64,000 nucleotides of DNA from Novakomyces olei. Taxonomy: Eukaryota. The stretch spans positions 806,001-870,000 of the forward strand of contig JADEYG010000015.1 of NCBI GenBank assembly GCA_016906335.1, given 5' to 3'. The position numbers and the translations under genes are program-made. The notes under the pieces are model-generated. The model searched no databases. It saw only the letters and a program-made list of their open reading frames with translations, and had not been told where the DNA came from. Numbering within the stretch: position 1 is the stretch's first letter; every line of letters starts with the position of its first letter. This document shows, piece after piece, positions 50,437 through 63,500 of the stretch.

Positions 50437-53400
50437 ATGGACAAGATCGAGTCGCAGAGCGATACATTTTCAACTGTTGATTTAAAAGAGTATGATCAAC
50501 AGCAAAATGTGCCGCTGGATCGGCCGACCTTGACTGTTTTGCTTATCGATTTCCACGACAGGTATGGCTTTGGTTATGCTGGCATCTTCCTCGTCGACGC
50601 ATGCTTTTTTTTTTTTTTTTGCTTTTTTTTTTTTTTTTTTGATCTTTCGACACATTCAGCCTTTGAGATTCTCATAATTCAAACAAAATCTCATCATTCA
50701 GCTACATATGGAACGTTTACCGGCTCTTGAAAAGCTCTGACCCCGAGCGCGATGTCAACGTAGTCACGATATACATTGATCAATTATGTGTGGAATGGCT
50801 ACGGGACAACTCACCGTCGTTCGACGCTATAGTCATGTCGCCCGGACCAGGTAATCCTCAGCAATATGCGGTCTTGGCGAATACGATCTGGAGCCTGGAT
50901 CCGCCTGTTCCAGTGCTTGGAATATGTATGGGTTACCAGTCGCTGTGTCTATATCTCGGAGCCAAAATCGAGGAGCTTCCCATGCCCGTACACGGCCATG
51001 TTTCCCAGGTAGTAAGCGACGCGGACGACGAAGGCGCTACTGGAGCACGGCTGTTTCGTGGAATAACTAAACTCGATGCAATGCGGTACCACAGCCTGGT
51101 AGCCCGCGATATTCCTACGGACAAGGCGAAAGTCGTTGCTTGGTTAGAGGATGATCCTACGATTGCCATGGCCGTTTCCTGCCTCTCACGTCCCTTTTAT
51201 GGTGTACTGTTTCACCCAGAGTCTGTGTTTTCCTCACACGGAGAGCAATTAATACAAAACTTCTATGATTTAGCCTCGCTTTATAACGCGGAAAGAGCCC
51301 CACCTCAACCTCTTGCTCCCAGTTGGAACGAACTTGATTTAAGGCCAAAGCCGTTACTACGGTCATTTGATGAGAGCAACAATGAAAGGACTATCAGTGC
51401 CGTACGCACTTCAGTGATAGAGCTGCGTTCAGCCAATGATATTGAAGCCATAAAATCTCACCTTTGTGCGGGCAAAAGCGACTATGTTCTGCTTGACTCC
51501 TGTCGATCTTCCGAACGATGGATCATCATTGGCCTATATGGCGGTCCCAAGAGCCAGATTGTGCGGTACTTTAAATCCGATTCCACAATCGAAATAACGG
51601 CACCTTCTGTACTTTTACGGAAATTCTCGCGTAACATTAAAGGTGACTTTTGGACGTATTGTGCAGAGCATATGGCTCGACAAGAGATATTTGTCGGCGT
51701 AAACGATGTACCTTTTTGGGGTGGGTTTATCGGCTCTATTGGCTATGCTTTGGGGTCAAAAGAAATGGGCGATTATGGCGGCAAAGCCAACCCAAAAGAC
51801 CCAGACTCTGCTATTTTATTTGCGGATCGTAGTGTTGTTATAGACCAGCAAAACCAAGTTGCCTATCTACAATCGCTCAACCAAAATGACCAGGCTTGGC
51901 TGGAGGGCATGCAGGACGAATTGGCAGAGGCAGTGGCAGATTACGAGAGCAAACCTAGGGACAGCACCCATGGTAACAAATTTACTGCACAAAAAACGGG
52001 TAAATGCGTGTCCTATCCAGACAGAGCTCAGTATTTACGCAGTGTTGAACGAATTCAGCAGCATTTACACGCTGGTGACTCGTACGAAGTGTGTCTGACC
52101 ACACTGACAAGCGTGCGACTGGACCCGGATCGATTGGAGGACGCCTATGTCCTTTTCAAGAGGCTGCGAGACCACAATCCAGCCCCGTTCGCCAGTCTTG
52201 TAAAGCTCAAAGATTTGTGTGTGATTGGTGCCTCGCCAGAGCGGTTCATGAGCTGCATTGATGGCTCTTGTACTTTTCAGCCGATGAAGGGCACTTTAGC
52301 CAAAAGAGATTACAAATACGAGGAAGCGGTTGAAAAGCTACAGAATCCTAAAGATTTAGCAGAGTTGCGGATTATTTGTGATCTGATTCGGAACGATCTG
52401 CATCAGATCGCGGACCCAGTGGTTTCGGTGCGCGTTCCCTCTCCCGCTGTTATTATACAAGAGTTCAAATCTGTGTACCAGCTGATCAGTAAGATTGAAG
52501 GCGAAGTATCCCACCCGTTTACTGGCTGGGATGCGCTATTGCATAGTCTTCCGCCAGGGTCGATGACGGGTGCACCAAAGCCGAGAACACTGCAAATTAT
52601 TGACTCGGTCGAGTCTCAACCACGAGGGCTTTATTCCGGTGTTGTTGGGTACTGGAGCGTTAATCAGCGTCATGATTGGAGTGTAGTAATTCGCTCTGCT
52701 TACCGTCTCCCGTCTTTTCCAGTGGGACAATGGAAAATTGGTGCCGGAGGAGCAATTACAGTGCTGTCGGATGCTAATGCAGAATGGGAGGAAATGGTTA
52801 CGAAATTGGAGTCTGTTTTGCCTGCATTAATTCCGCATACACGACATTTCAGTCTTATCAAGCCTTACAAACTGTTGGAAACTACAGATTTCGATCCCGC
52901 GAAATTAGGAGCGAAGCGCTATTATTTGCTTGAGCTGCATATTGAGCGCATGAAGGAATCGAGCTTGGTCCATGGGTTTGTGTTTCCCGGGAAAGATTAT
53001 ATCGTATCTGAATTGGATAGAATAACGCGCGCAGCTAATGAAAGAGGAAAGGTATGTAAAACTGGTTTTCGTCAAGGGTTTTTATTTATTCAAAGTGTGT
53101 AGTTCTACAATGCGTTTTTGAGATGCACTTCTAACCGTCAGCTGCGATGGACAATGGACAGTATAGGCAACGTCGACGGTAGCGTGAAGCCGCTTGAATC
53201 GAATTCCAGCGCAATTTGGACCGTGTTCATTGACGAAAAACCATCTGATACCCGTAGCAGTTTTATTAGCTGCAAAACAACTCAGCGCGATATTTATAAT
53301 CGCGCACGACAGCGATTAGGAGTCGTTGAATTGCAAGACGTGCTTTTGTGGAACGAAGCAGGCTTCGCCACTGAATGCTCTGTCTGTAATGTCGCGTTTT

Positions 53401-53642
53401 ACCGCGGCGGCAAATGGATAACTCCAAGTTTAAAGCATGGGCTTTTGAAGGGAACTCTGCGGCGAGAATTGCTGGAAAAGGGATTTATTTGCGAGGGAGA
53501 TGTTTCCATTGGATCTATTGAGCACAATGAACAAGTGATGCTCTTCAATTCTGTACGGCACGTTTTCACTGGCGTGATCTGTGCGGTAAAAGACGAGTCT
53601 GAGCGCCGTGATGCCATAGATAGCGACGCTAGTCAGGCATGA
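50437..53642 (+). CDS. abz1: Trifunctional PABA synthase: glutamine amidotransferase (PabA) + ADC synthase (PabB) + ADC lyase (PabC/Abz2)
   Basis: Introns 50562-50701 and 53052-53141. PabA: LLIDFHDSY, SPGPG, LGICMG, MRYHSL, FHPES. PabB: GDSYEVCLT, SPERF, PPGSMTGAPK, GAGGAIT...EWEEM..K. PabC follows without a stop: LLELHIERM, KTTQRDIY, VLLWN...TECSVCNV, TPSLKHGLLKGTLR, FNSVR. Confidence 0.9.
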
Positions 53643-54193
53643 TTTGCCTTTACTCAGCATCAGTGATAGAATAATACTGTAATATTTGCCTAAGCTGCAA
53701 GCCTTTCAACTTTAATATGATACTAATATTACTTTACAAGTTAGCGCGCAAAATAGAACGGCACGTAATTGAATCGGAAAATAAACGCAAATCTGTTGTG
53801 GAGTGCAGTAAGGGAACATGTGACTTGCACGATCACAAGCTCTGCAGAATAAAAACATGAATACATAATCTGAAAACAATAAAAATACAAATATACTTTT
53901 GGCGCGAGTCAGAGCTCTGCAAATTAGTACACCACTTCCGCGCTGGCTAAAACATGACTAAAATAAGAATTCTCAATTTAATTTACCATCAGCTACCCAA
54001 TGAATCATTTGTCACCACAATAAACTCTATTTGAAGCTTCCACCGAAAACTTTTAGCATACTGTCCACGCCTCCCCCGTATGTGACATCATTCCTTCCCT
54101 GACATGTACGTTTTAGCGCAAATTGGACGGAAATATATTAGAATATTCGTTGGCGTCACACCCTCATTTTATTTCCACCAATCACTATCAAAG

Positions 54194-54277
54194 ATCAGAT
54201 AATTTTCCAACCAATATTTTATTATCAGATCAGGTTTTATCAGATCATTATAGATCGAAACTGAAATTTTATCTGAT
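54194..54277. promoter_or_regulatory. Cluster of four ATCWGATAA boxes (Fep1/SreA/Urbs1-type iron-responsive GATA repressor sites)
   Basis: ATCAGATAA 54194-54202, TTATCAGAT 54222-54230, TTATCAGAT 54237-54245 and TTATCTGAT 54269-54277, about 230-310 bp upstream of the NRPS ATG. Confidence 0.85.
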
Positions 54278-54506
54278 CTTTTTCCTATTCCCAAAATGCT
54301 ATTAATTCGCGCCATCTTTAACGTACCCTGGGTTTCAAACTTTTAGCCAGCAAATTGGCATGAATTGCTGCTAAAAGGTACAGAAGAGCAGTGACACCCA
54401 AGCGGGTTGGCCTTACTTTCCCAAAGAACAATTTTGCGGAGGTCTTCTTTGCGAACTCTGGTATCTATACACTGTAGCACTCGTGACGTGATTCTGGACA
54501 AACGTA

Positions 54507-57500
54507 ATGTCGTTGTGGCGGGCGTTTGCTGATAATGAGCCCGATAAACCCGCACTTTTATGGTACACGTCAGCGGATACGCTGGGCGCAAGCTTTACGT
54601 TTGGCCAGCTTTTATGGGCGGCACAAAAGTTAGCAGCACGTATCAAAAAGAGGCACACTGTCATCCCCATAATTGTCCAGCATTCTCCGTTACTCTACGT
54701 TAGCGAGCTCGCAGTTCTCTACTCCGGCAATGCCTTTTGTCCCATCTCGGTAGACTCGCCGCCAACACGTTTACGCGATATTCTCGGCATTGTTGATGCT
54801 GAGTATGTAATTCACGACGGCAGCTTTGCCAACATTGACGCTGTTGCCCCGGCAACAACTATCCTTGTAGGCAGCTCTGTCTTTGATGAACAAGGACCAT
54901 CGAATCTGTGCTCGCAGTCTGCTGCAAGTATAGACGCGTCTGCTGCCTCTGATGACGATGTTGCTTACGTTCTCTTCACTTCTGGATCTACCGGGATTCC
55001 AAAAGGCGTTCCCATAAGGCATTCGTCTACACTATCTTGTCTAAAAGCGCACGACTGGATCTACAGTCACTACAATCTTGGACCGGGATCTCGTTTCCTG
55101 CAATTTGCCAGTGCCACGTTTGATGTTTCCGTGTTTGAGATCTACTCCTCCTGGCGACATGGCTGTACACTAGTGTCTGCCGATCGGCAGACACTAGTCA
55201 ATCATCTGCCAGAGCTAATTGCCCACAGCAATGTTGTTGGACTCGAACTGACACCGGCTATGGCCGATGTCATTTCTCTAGCGCAGTACAAGCCCAATTA
55301 CCGAAACATACGCGTCATCTTATCTATAGGAGAAGCCATGACGCAACGTATGGTAGACTTTTGGGACGAGAGGCTGTTGAACGCTTACGGACCCACAGAG
55401 GCCACTATACACGTGTCCTTGATGCCCTTCAACAAACGGCTTTTACCCAATGCGATTGGCCGACCATTGGAAGGGGTCACATTTTACATCCTGGATTCTC
55501 AGCAAGCAAAAGTCTTGCCCGACGGAGCTGTCGGAGAGCTGGGAATTGCCGGCCCATTTCTTACACCGGGGTACATTCGCCGGCCAGACTTGAACAGCCA
55601 GCAGTTCCCTGAAATAGATGGGGTTAGGGTTTATCGTACAGGCGATTTGGTGCGTCGATCGCCCCTGCATGGCTACTATGAGATCATGGGCCGGGCAGTT
55701 GAGGGTCAGGTAAAACTGAATGGCCGGCGTGTTGAACTGGGCGAGATAGATGCTGCGATAAAGCCGGCAGTGCGAGAATGCGCAGTTGTTAAGATAGATA
55801 CAGGCACGGGGGGAGTGGTTGCCTTTGTAGTCGGAGACCGGCAGGCCGCTATAGCATCGGCTAAAAGCTTACTGCCGGCCTGGATGGTCCCCGAAATTGT
55901 GGAGTTGCCGGACCGTCTGCCCAAGCTGGACTCGGGTAAAGTAGACCGCAAACAGTTGGCTTCGTTATACTGTGAAAGGCAAATTGAAGATGACAGCGAT
56001 GACGCCACCGTACGCGTGTTTAGGGACTGCTTTCCCCATACAAGCTCTGCATTAAGGCGGAACACGGAGATCTCGGCTTTAGGGGTTGACTCCATCTCGG
56101 CGTTAAGGCTGAGCGGACGATTAGCAGAGGAATTAAGCGGTCAGCCGGTGAGCGCGGCACAGATCCTACGTGATTGCCGAACAATCGGAGATGTAAGCAA
56201 TCTCATTATGGCTGGCAATAATTCCTCCCAGCTGCGTCAGAGTCGAGAGTGTACTCCGTTACAGGATATGCTACTAGCCCAGACGTTAAAAAGTGGAGCG
56301 TACTTTAATAAGGTGCAGTTTCTAGTTAAAGCGGGTGTGAGTCAAGAGCAAGTAGTAGAGGCAGTTGAGCAGGTCTTGTCTCTTGATCTACTGAGCCGCA
56401 AGATCGTACAAGGCACCAGTTCTTCAGGTGCACTATTTGCCTTTGGTCCTAAACAAGAGTGCAAAATACAAACGAGCCAAAAGCCTGATGTTGATTATAG
56501 TCGAGAGATGAAGACAGCAGGCCGTCTTGTATTTGCCAAAGTATTTCCTTCTGAAGCAGGAACAATGGTGGAGCTAGTACTGCATCACGCTGTCTACGAT
56601 GGCTGGAGTGTAGAAATCTTGCGTGAACAACTGCATCGTGCGTTGACTCATACCAGTACAGAATCAACTTCCTTTTTTACATTTGTTCCAAAAATTGCAG
56701 AGCTCAGTGCTGCCCATAGGGACGCTGATTTAGCCTACTGGACTAAATATTTGGCCCAGGCGGAATCAACTAATCTGCCTATGCTGTACCCAAAGTCGAG
56801 CAGTGACGTCACTACTGATGTGGTTGGAGAGCAGTTGAGTTTTGGATTATCACAGTTGACGGCTTTTGCTGGCCGGTTTGACTGCTCACCACAGTGCGTA
56901 ATTCAGCTGGCTTGGGCTGTTGTGCTTAGCAAACTCGTAAGAGCCAGCGAAGTTTTGTTTTGCACTACGTTTTCAACTAGAGCACTCTATGCGGGATCGG
57001 AAGATACTGTAGGGCCTTTTATAGCGACAGTACCGACACGTGTTGGCCTCAGGCGATCAGTCAAAGAGCAATTACAGTCTATACAGCAGGACAACATGGC
57101 AGCTATGGATCACATTGGGCTGCCTATGTCAGACATGGCCAGCTTACCGGCCGTCAACAGCCTGGTACTTTTCCAAAGGGATTTACGGCCCAAACTGGCG
57201 GGGCAGGATGTTGATTTGGTAGCGACGAGCGATTTTTGCGAGGTAAGGATCGAGTCTGTTCATATCAAATTGTTTTTTGATTATTCTTTTTTATTTTATT
57301 CGTTTATGCTGACAGCATTTAGTATGACGTTCTGGTAGAAATGGAAGCATTCGACGAGAGCGATAGAGTGGTGGCAAGATTGACATCCTCACGAATTGCG
57401 GCTGAAGAATTAAAAGTCTGTTTGACCGGCTTAATTAATGTCCTTGACGAGTTTGTTGTTGGAAGGACTACGCAGATTCCAGCAGAAATTACACCGCTCT

Positions 57501-60500
57501 CAGTTTCTAAGCTTGTGGTGCCGTCCTTGCCAGCTCCCTTTGAAAACTTGGTTCAAATGGTATCAGATTCCTGCTCCAGGCTCGGAGACAAAACGGCCAT
57601 CGAATTCACTGATGATCTGCGAAATATTGTCCGCTTAAATTATAGAGAATTGGACGACTTGTCCAACAACGTCGCCGCCACTCTGAGCCAGAGTTTTGGT
57701 GCCAACGACATTATACCAATAATTATGAAAAAGTCGGCGTTTGTTTATGTTTTTATTTTGGGAATTTTGAAAGTAGGAGCATGCTACCTTCCGATGGCAG
57801 ATAATGTTCCGTTGGAGAGACTGAAGCTTACATTACAGTCGGTTCGCACTAATCGTATCCTGACTGACGATGCTTCTCGATACCCCGGCTTTGAAGCAAT
57901 CGTTATCGATCCTCGTAAAACGGCCGCAGCTCCGTTCAAGCCAAGGAATATTAGCAAACAGCAGAGGGCCTATATTATATTCACTTCGGGGACTACAGGT
58001 ATGTTATATCGCAAAGTATTTTAAATGGATTGTATTTAAGAACTGCAACGAGCTATTTCGTAATGTTTTGTTTTCTTGCCCCTTCTTCTCTTCAGTATCG
58101 CTTAAATAGCTCTAATCGTACCCAGGAACACCAAAGGGATGTGTACTGCCACACGAGAGTATTGTTTCAAATGTTTACAAGCTATCCAAAATCTACAAGG
58201 GCGATAAATGGTCAAAGATTCTCCAATTTTCTGGTCTTTCCTTTGACGTATCTGTTTTTGAAATATTCTATACCTTTCTAATAGGCGCTACATTGTGTGC
58301 GGCACCAAGAACGCTGCTTATCGAATCACCAAACGAAGTGGTCAATACTCTGCAAGTCACGCACCTTTCATCAACGGCCACGGGACTCAGTCTCTTCTCC
58401 CGTCAGCGGTGCCCGCGAGTACAAGTCGTGATTACTGCTGGCGAAAAGATAAACGAAAGCATCATGGACGAATGGGGTGCAGCCAGTGGATGCATCCTTT
58501 ACAATTCCTACGGTCCGACGGAAATGACTAATGTATGTACATGCAAGCCCAATTTTAGTCCTCGGGATAGGACGTATGATATTGGATGGCCTTTACCCGG
58601 CATTGTTTGCATAGTCGTTGACGAAAAAGGAGGGATTGTTCCAAAGCTCGGGGTGGGAGAGCTTTGTTTCCGAGGAGACCAATTGGTAAGTTTTTGTCTA
58701 TTTAAATAACTTTGTTTATTGGCTTGCATATTGTTTCATCTGATTCGTTTATCTAACTATGGCTCTAGTTTTCCGGCTATATTAACAACGAAACTCAAAC
58801 TGAGTCTAGTTTGATTCAGACTAAATATGGGGTGTTTTACAAGACTGGTGATCTTGGTCGGTTGATGCTGGACGACCAAATCCAAGTATTGGGCCGAACC
58901 GACGATCAAGTTAAGCTACGTGGGTTCAGAATCGAGCTTGGAGAGATCAATGTTGCCCTTCAAGACTACGTTCACAAAAGCTGCGCTACCATTGTTACAG
59001 AGGGAGAATCGCCGGCTATTGTTTCCTTTGTTGCATGCAATAGTAGAAAAGAGTTTGAAAACGCTGGTATCATCGGTGATTTTGATTACAAAGGAGCCTA
59101 TTCCAGACTTAGAGAGCGCTTACCCGAGTACATGGTTCCATCGTACATTATTCCGCTGGACTGCGGACTGCCTATAAACCAAAACCACAAGTTTGATCGC
59201 AAGAAGGCTCTTTATGCCTTTGAAAAGCTATCAAAGCAACTACTTGAGACCCGACGGCAGGATCCAAAAGCAGATGGGAATGAAAGTTTGTCTGCGCGTG
59301 AAACGGAGGTGAAAAATTGCATTGCTAAAGTACTAAACGTACCTTCCAGTGTAATTTCTAGGAATACTACGCTTATTTCCTTTGGCTTGGACTCGATCAA
59401 GGCTGTCCGATTGAGCCGAAAACTAGCTGCCGACTTGGATATTGCTCTTCCAGTGTCCAGTTTACTCGGTGGCTTATCGCTTTCTCAGCTATTGGCTCAA
59501 GCCGACGCAGCCGAGTCTCGTGACTTGCAGGCTCAAGGAGCGGGCGGCAAGTTTACTCACCTTGTTGAAGATCTGCAGTCTTACTTGCCGAGAATTTGTG
59601 AAAAGTATGGCTTACGACTCGCCGATATTAACCAGATTTTGCCCTGTTCGCCCATGCAAAACGCAATTCTAAGCCTCTCTACGGAGAACGCAGAGGGATA
59701 CTTGAATGACGTATCCATTTCGCTGCCTTTAGATTGTGATCTGCAACGGTTATCGTTGGCATGGAAATCACAAATTCGGCAGCTTCCGATTTTGCGCACA
59801 GTGTTTAAGCCGATTGATCATAAAACAGTTCCATACGCACAGCTCGTCATCAAAGAGTTGCTGTTCCCTGTGGATGCAAAAGTTCAGATTTGTAATAGTC
59901 ATGATAATAAAGATTCATTAGCAGCCTTTTCGAACGAAGGAGCATACAAGGTCCTTCTTCTACATTTTGAAGAGCAAAAAGTCATGCGGCTTCTCTTCCA
60001 CCATGCTTTATACGATGGCTGGGCGTTTGAACTTTTGCTGGCTAGAGTATGGGAGGCGTATTTGACAGGAGAAACAGGATGCAAGGCATATACCAATACT
60101 GGATTTGAAAATTACTTGGCCCAAGTATACGATCAAGACTCGACCAGAAACGAAGAATACTGGCAAAGATTGTTAGAGGGCTTTGCCTTTGGTAATCGCC
60201 TGCCTTGCCTGATACCTCTTGAAACCTCATTAGTCAATGCCGTACCTATAGTGAAAAGGAGGGCAGTTCCGCTTTCACTTAAGGTTATTGAGAACTATTG
60301 CCAGCAGAGTTCAGTTACACTTTTGTCCCTATGCCAATACTCGTGGGCCCGTGTCCTTTTCATGCTGTACAACAGCGACGATGTAGTTTTTGGTAACGTT
60401 GTTAGTGGTCGGACGGAATTTGTGGACGATGTGGAAAATTTGATTGCGCCCACATTCAACACGATACCCGTTCGTTCAAAGAAAACGGGCAGTGAAATGG

Positions 60501-63500
60501 CAATGCTCCAACAGTTTGTCAAACAAAATGCCTCATCGCAAAACTACCAGCTATGCTCGCTCAGAGATATCAAGCGCTATTGCCATGTGGATTCAGTGAC
60601 AAATTTGTTTGATACTGCTCTTATTCTACAACCCCAATCGAAGCTGCAAGGTAGATACGGCCTTGTTTTGCAGGACAATAACCCCTTTTCAGAGTTTGAT
60701 TATCTCATCGAGTTTATTGTTTGCCCTGACCGTGTTGACGTACAGCTGACGTCGACTACTCGATTGCTGGCAAAAGAACAGGATGCTGCAGTTATGGTTG
60801 ATATGGTGATCGAGTCTTTTACAAAGACAGTTGATTCTGCTCTGGATGGATCTCGGCCTTTTGACTTCCAGGGGCTGTTTGCCAATCGTCCAGACCTTTT
60901 AGCCTGCTCACAAAGTTTACAAGAGCCTGTGGATGACAATTGCTCAGTGCTGCAAAACCTTGGTACTATTGTTGCTGAGCACGGATGCAAGCCGGCAGTA
61001 TTGTTCACTGCGCCCAACTTGTCTTTGCAGGATAGTATCAGCTTTGCTGAGTTGGACCGTCAATCCTCTACGATTGCCTCTAGAATTCCGAGCTTGATCG
61101 ATCATGCGAAAAAGTACGTCCCGGTAATGATGGAAAAGTCTGTATTCTTTTACGTAATAGTGTTGGCAATTTTCAAAGCTGGTTATGTCTATGTACCGAT
61201 TAGCCCGGAAGTTCCGCGTCAACGGCTCTCTGTAATGCTACAGAATCTGCATTGTTCCCAATTAATTGTGGACGAAATTGCGCCTTTAGAAATAGAAAGT
61301 CTGCGCTCAATACGTGCCAAGGACCTTCAGGTGGGCGATCAGAAAACTCTTAGTGAACCCTACGAACTCCCTCGGCAAGGTCCAGCCTACATTTTCCATA
61401 CGTCTGGGTCGACGGGTACGCCCAAGGCGGTGCAGGTCTCTCATAAAGCCGCCTGGAGCTGCATTATTTACGCAAGTCAAGTATTCACCACTGGCCAGGA
61501 CTCACGATGGCTCCAATTTGCTGATACAACGTTTGATATGTCAATGTTTGATATGTTGTTTTGCTGGTACACTGGCACTACAATGGTCAGTGGCCGTCAA
61601 TCAACGCTTACGAGCCGTCTGAACGATATAGTCAGGTCTTTTCGTGTAACCCATTTGGACCTGACTCCATCAATGGCAGCTATTCTGCACGAGACGAATC
61701 GTGCAACTGTGGAGCTACTGTTTTGTATTGGAGAGCAGTTGTCGGATTCTGTGGCCAAAAGATGGGGAGACAAGTGTGTAAATAACTATGGGCCGACGGA
61801 GGGAGCAATGGCGTGTACGCTGCGCCGAATGAGCACTAATGGCAGCATGAAGGCTTCTAACGTCGGGTTTCCATACAAGTATACAACTGTGTACGTTGTT
61901 GACGATCGACAAAGGCTTTGCGCTAAGGGAGCCATTGGTGAGTTGGCGATTGGAGGCTCCCAGCTGGCCGATGGGTATGTGGGAAATGAAGAGCAGACCA
62001 AGGAAAAGTTTAGGACGCTGCCTTTTGCTGGAGAACGCGTCTATTTTACTGGCGACTATGTGCGAATGTTGCTGGACGGGTCTTTGGAGTATATTGGAAG
62101 GGAAGACAGTCAGGTAAAGCTTCGTGGGCAACGTATTGATCTACGGGAAATAGATCATGCTATTGCAAGGTTTGAGGAACACCATGATCATGGTTTACAG
62201 GTTACAAGCTCACATACATTTGTCCTTGAGCATCCTACTGGCAACTCACAGCACCTGGTCTCCTTCGTGGAGACGAGTAAAAGGCCAGAAAGAGAGAAGG
62301 ATATGCGAATCATGATTCGTGATTGCTGCAAGACGTCTTTGCCGTCGTACATGATGCCAGATTATATCGTTTTTATCGAATCTTTACCGTTGAGTGCGGC
62401 TGGAAAAGTGTTGAAATCCAAATTGGAACTTGTGTTCCGTGAAGAGGCTGAGAGGGCCAGCTTGCCGGACGACTCGAGTCCGGAAGGTAATCAAGAGGCG
62501 TACTCTTACGTTTCCGAATGCTTTGCCAGATTTTCCGGCAGACCAGTAGGCAAAATAAGGCCAAACATGACGATGCTCTCGTTGGGTCTTGATAGCATTT
62601 CTGCTATTCAGATGGGAGCATGGCTTCTTGAAACACAAGGCCTAAGTATCAAGCCCATTGATCTGTACAAGAATGATACACCCAGAAAACTGTCGCGCTA
62701 CATCGATACAATCTCGCGGCACAATCAGGGCAGAGACGTAGTGCCTGCCGAGTTTGCGTCTGAAATGAAAATGTGCGCACACAAACTCTTGAAACAAAAT
62801 GACGCAGCGTGGGAAGAAGAAGGCGTTGACTATGCTCTTCCCTGTACCGACAGCCAAAAGGCCTTTTTAAGCGCCTTTTACCAGAGCAACGCTTCAGCAT
62901 ACGTAAATTATAGTGTGTATGAGATTAATCAGGGGGTGGTGGATACTTTAAGTGCTTCATTAAAGAGTCTTGTTGACAACGTGCCTATGCTGCGCACTAG
63001 ATTTGTGCAGACTGCTGACTTTAAAATACCTTTTGTACAAGTCTGCGCCAGCAAGGAATCCACAATTGCTTTGCAAAAAAGATGCATTAAAGACGCTTCT
63101 GAAATAACTAGCGTCTTAAACCAGTGTCGTTCGGATTTGGCGAAATATATATGGCGGGATACGTCGGCGCTGCCTTACTCTGTTGTTCATGTTGCTTGCG
63201 AGCAACACAATTACCTCGCGTTTATTGGCCTTCACGCTATTTTTGATGCGTGGTCGTTGGATATAATGCTGAGGTCAATTATGGCATTTGATGGCAAGTA
63301 CAGTGCAAGGCTGGATACTCAAGTGACCACCGAATCTGCGCTTTTATGGATCCTTTATGAAGAAGCCCGGTGTGCCTCTGATGAGTGTAGATCGTTCTGG
63401 GCCGATCACGTTTTACCGGGTATGGGCAGCGTGCCCTCGCTGAATCCTGACAAGTCTGATACGGGAAAGACCGTTGTATCGAAATCAATTTGCGACATAC

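Noticed and set aside
57243-58810. Apparent fragmentation of the NRPS into several ORFs (possible pseudogene)
   Set aside because: Each break is a canonical GT-AG intron with a branch site, and the exons join in frame.
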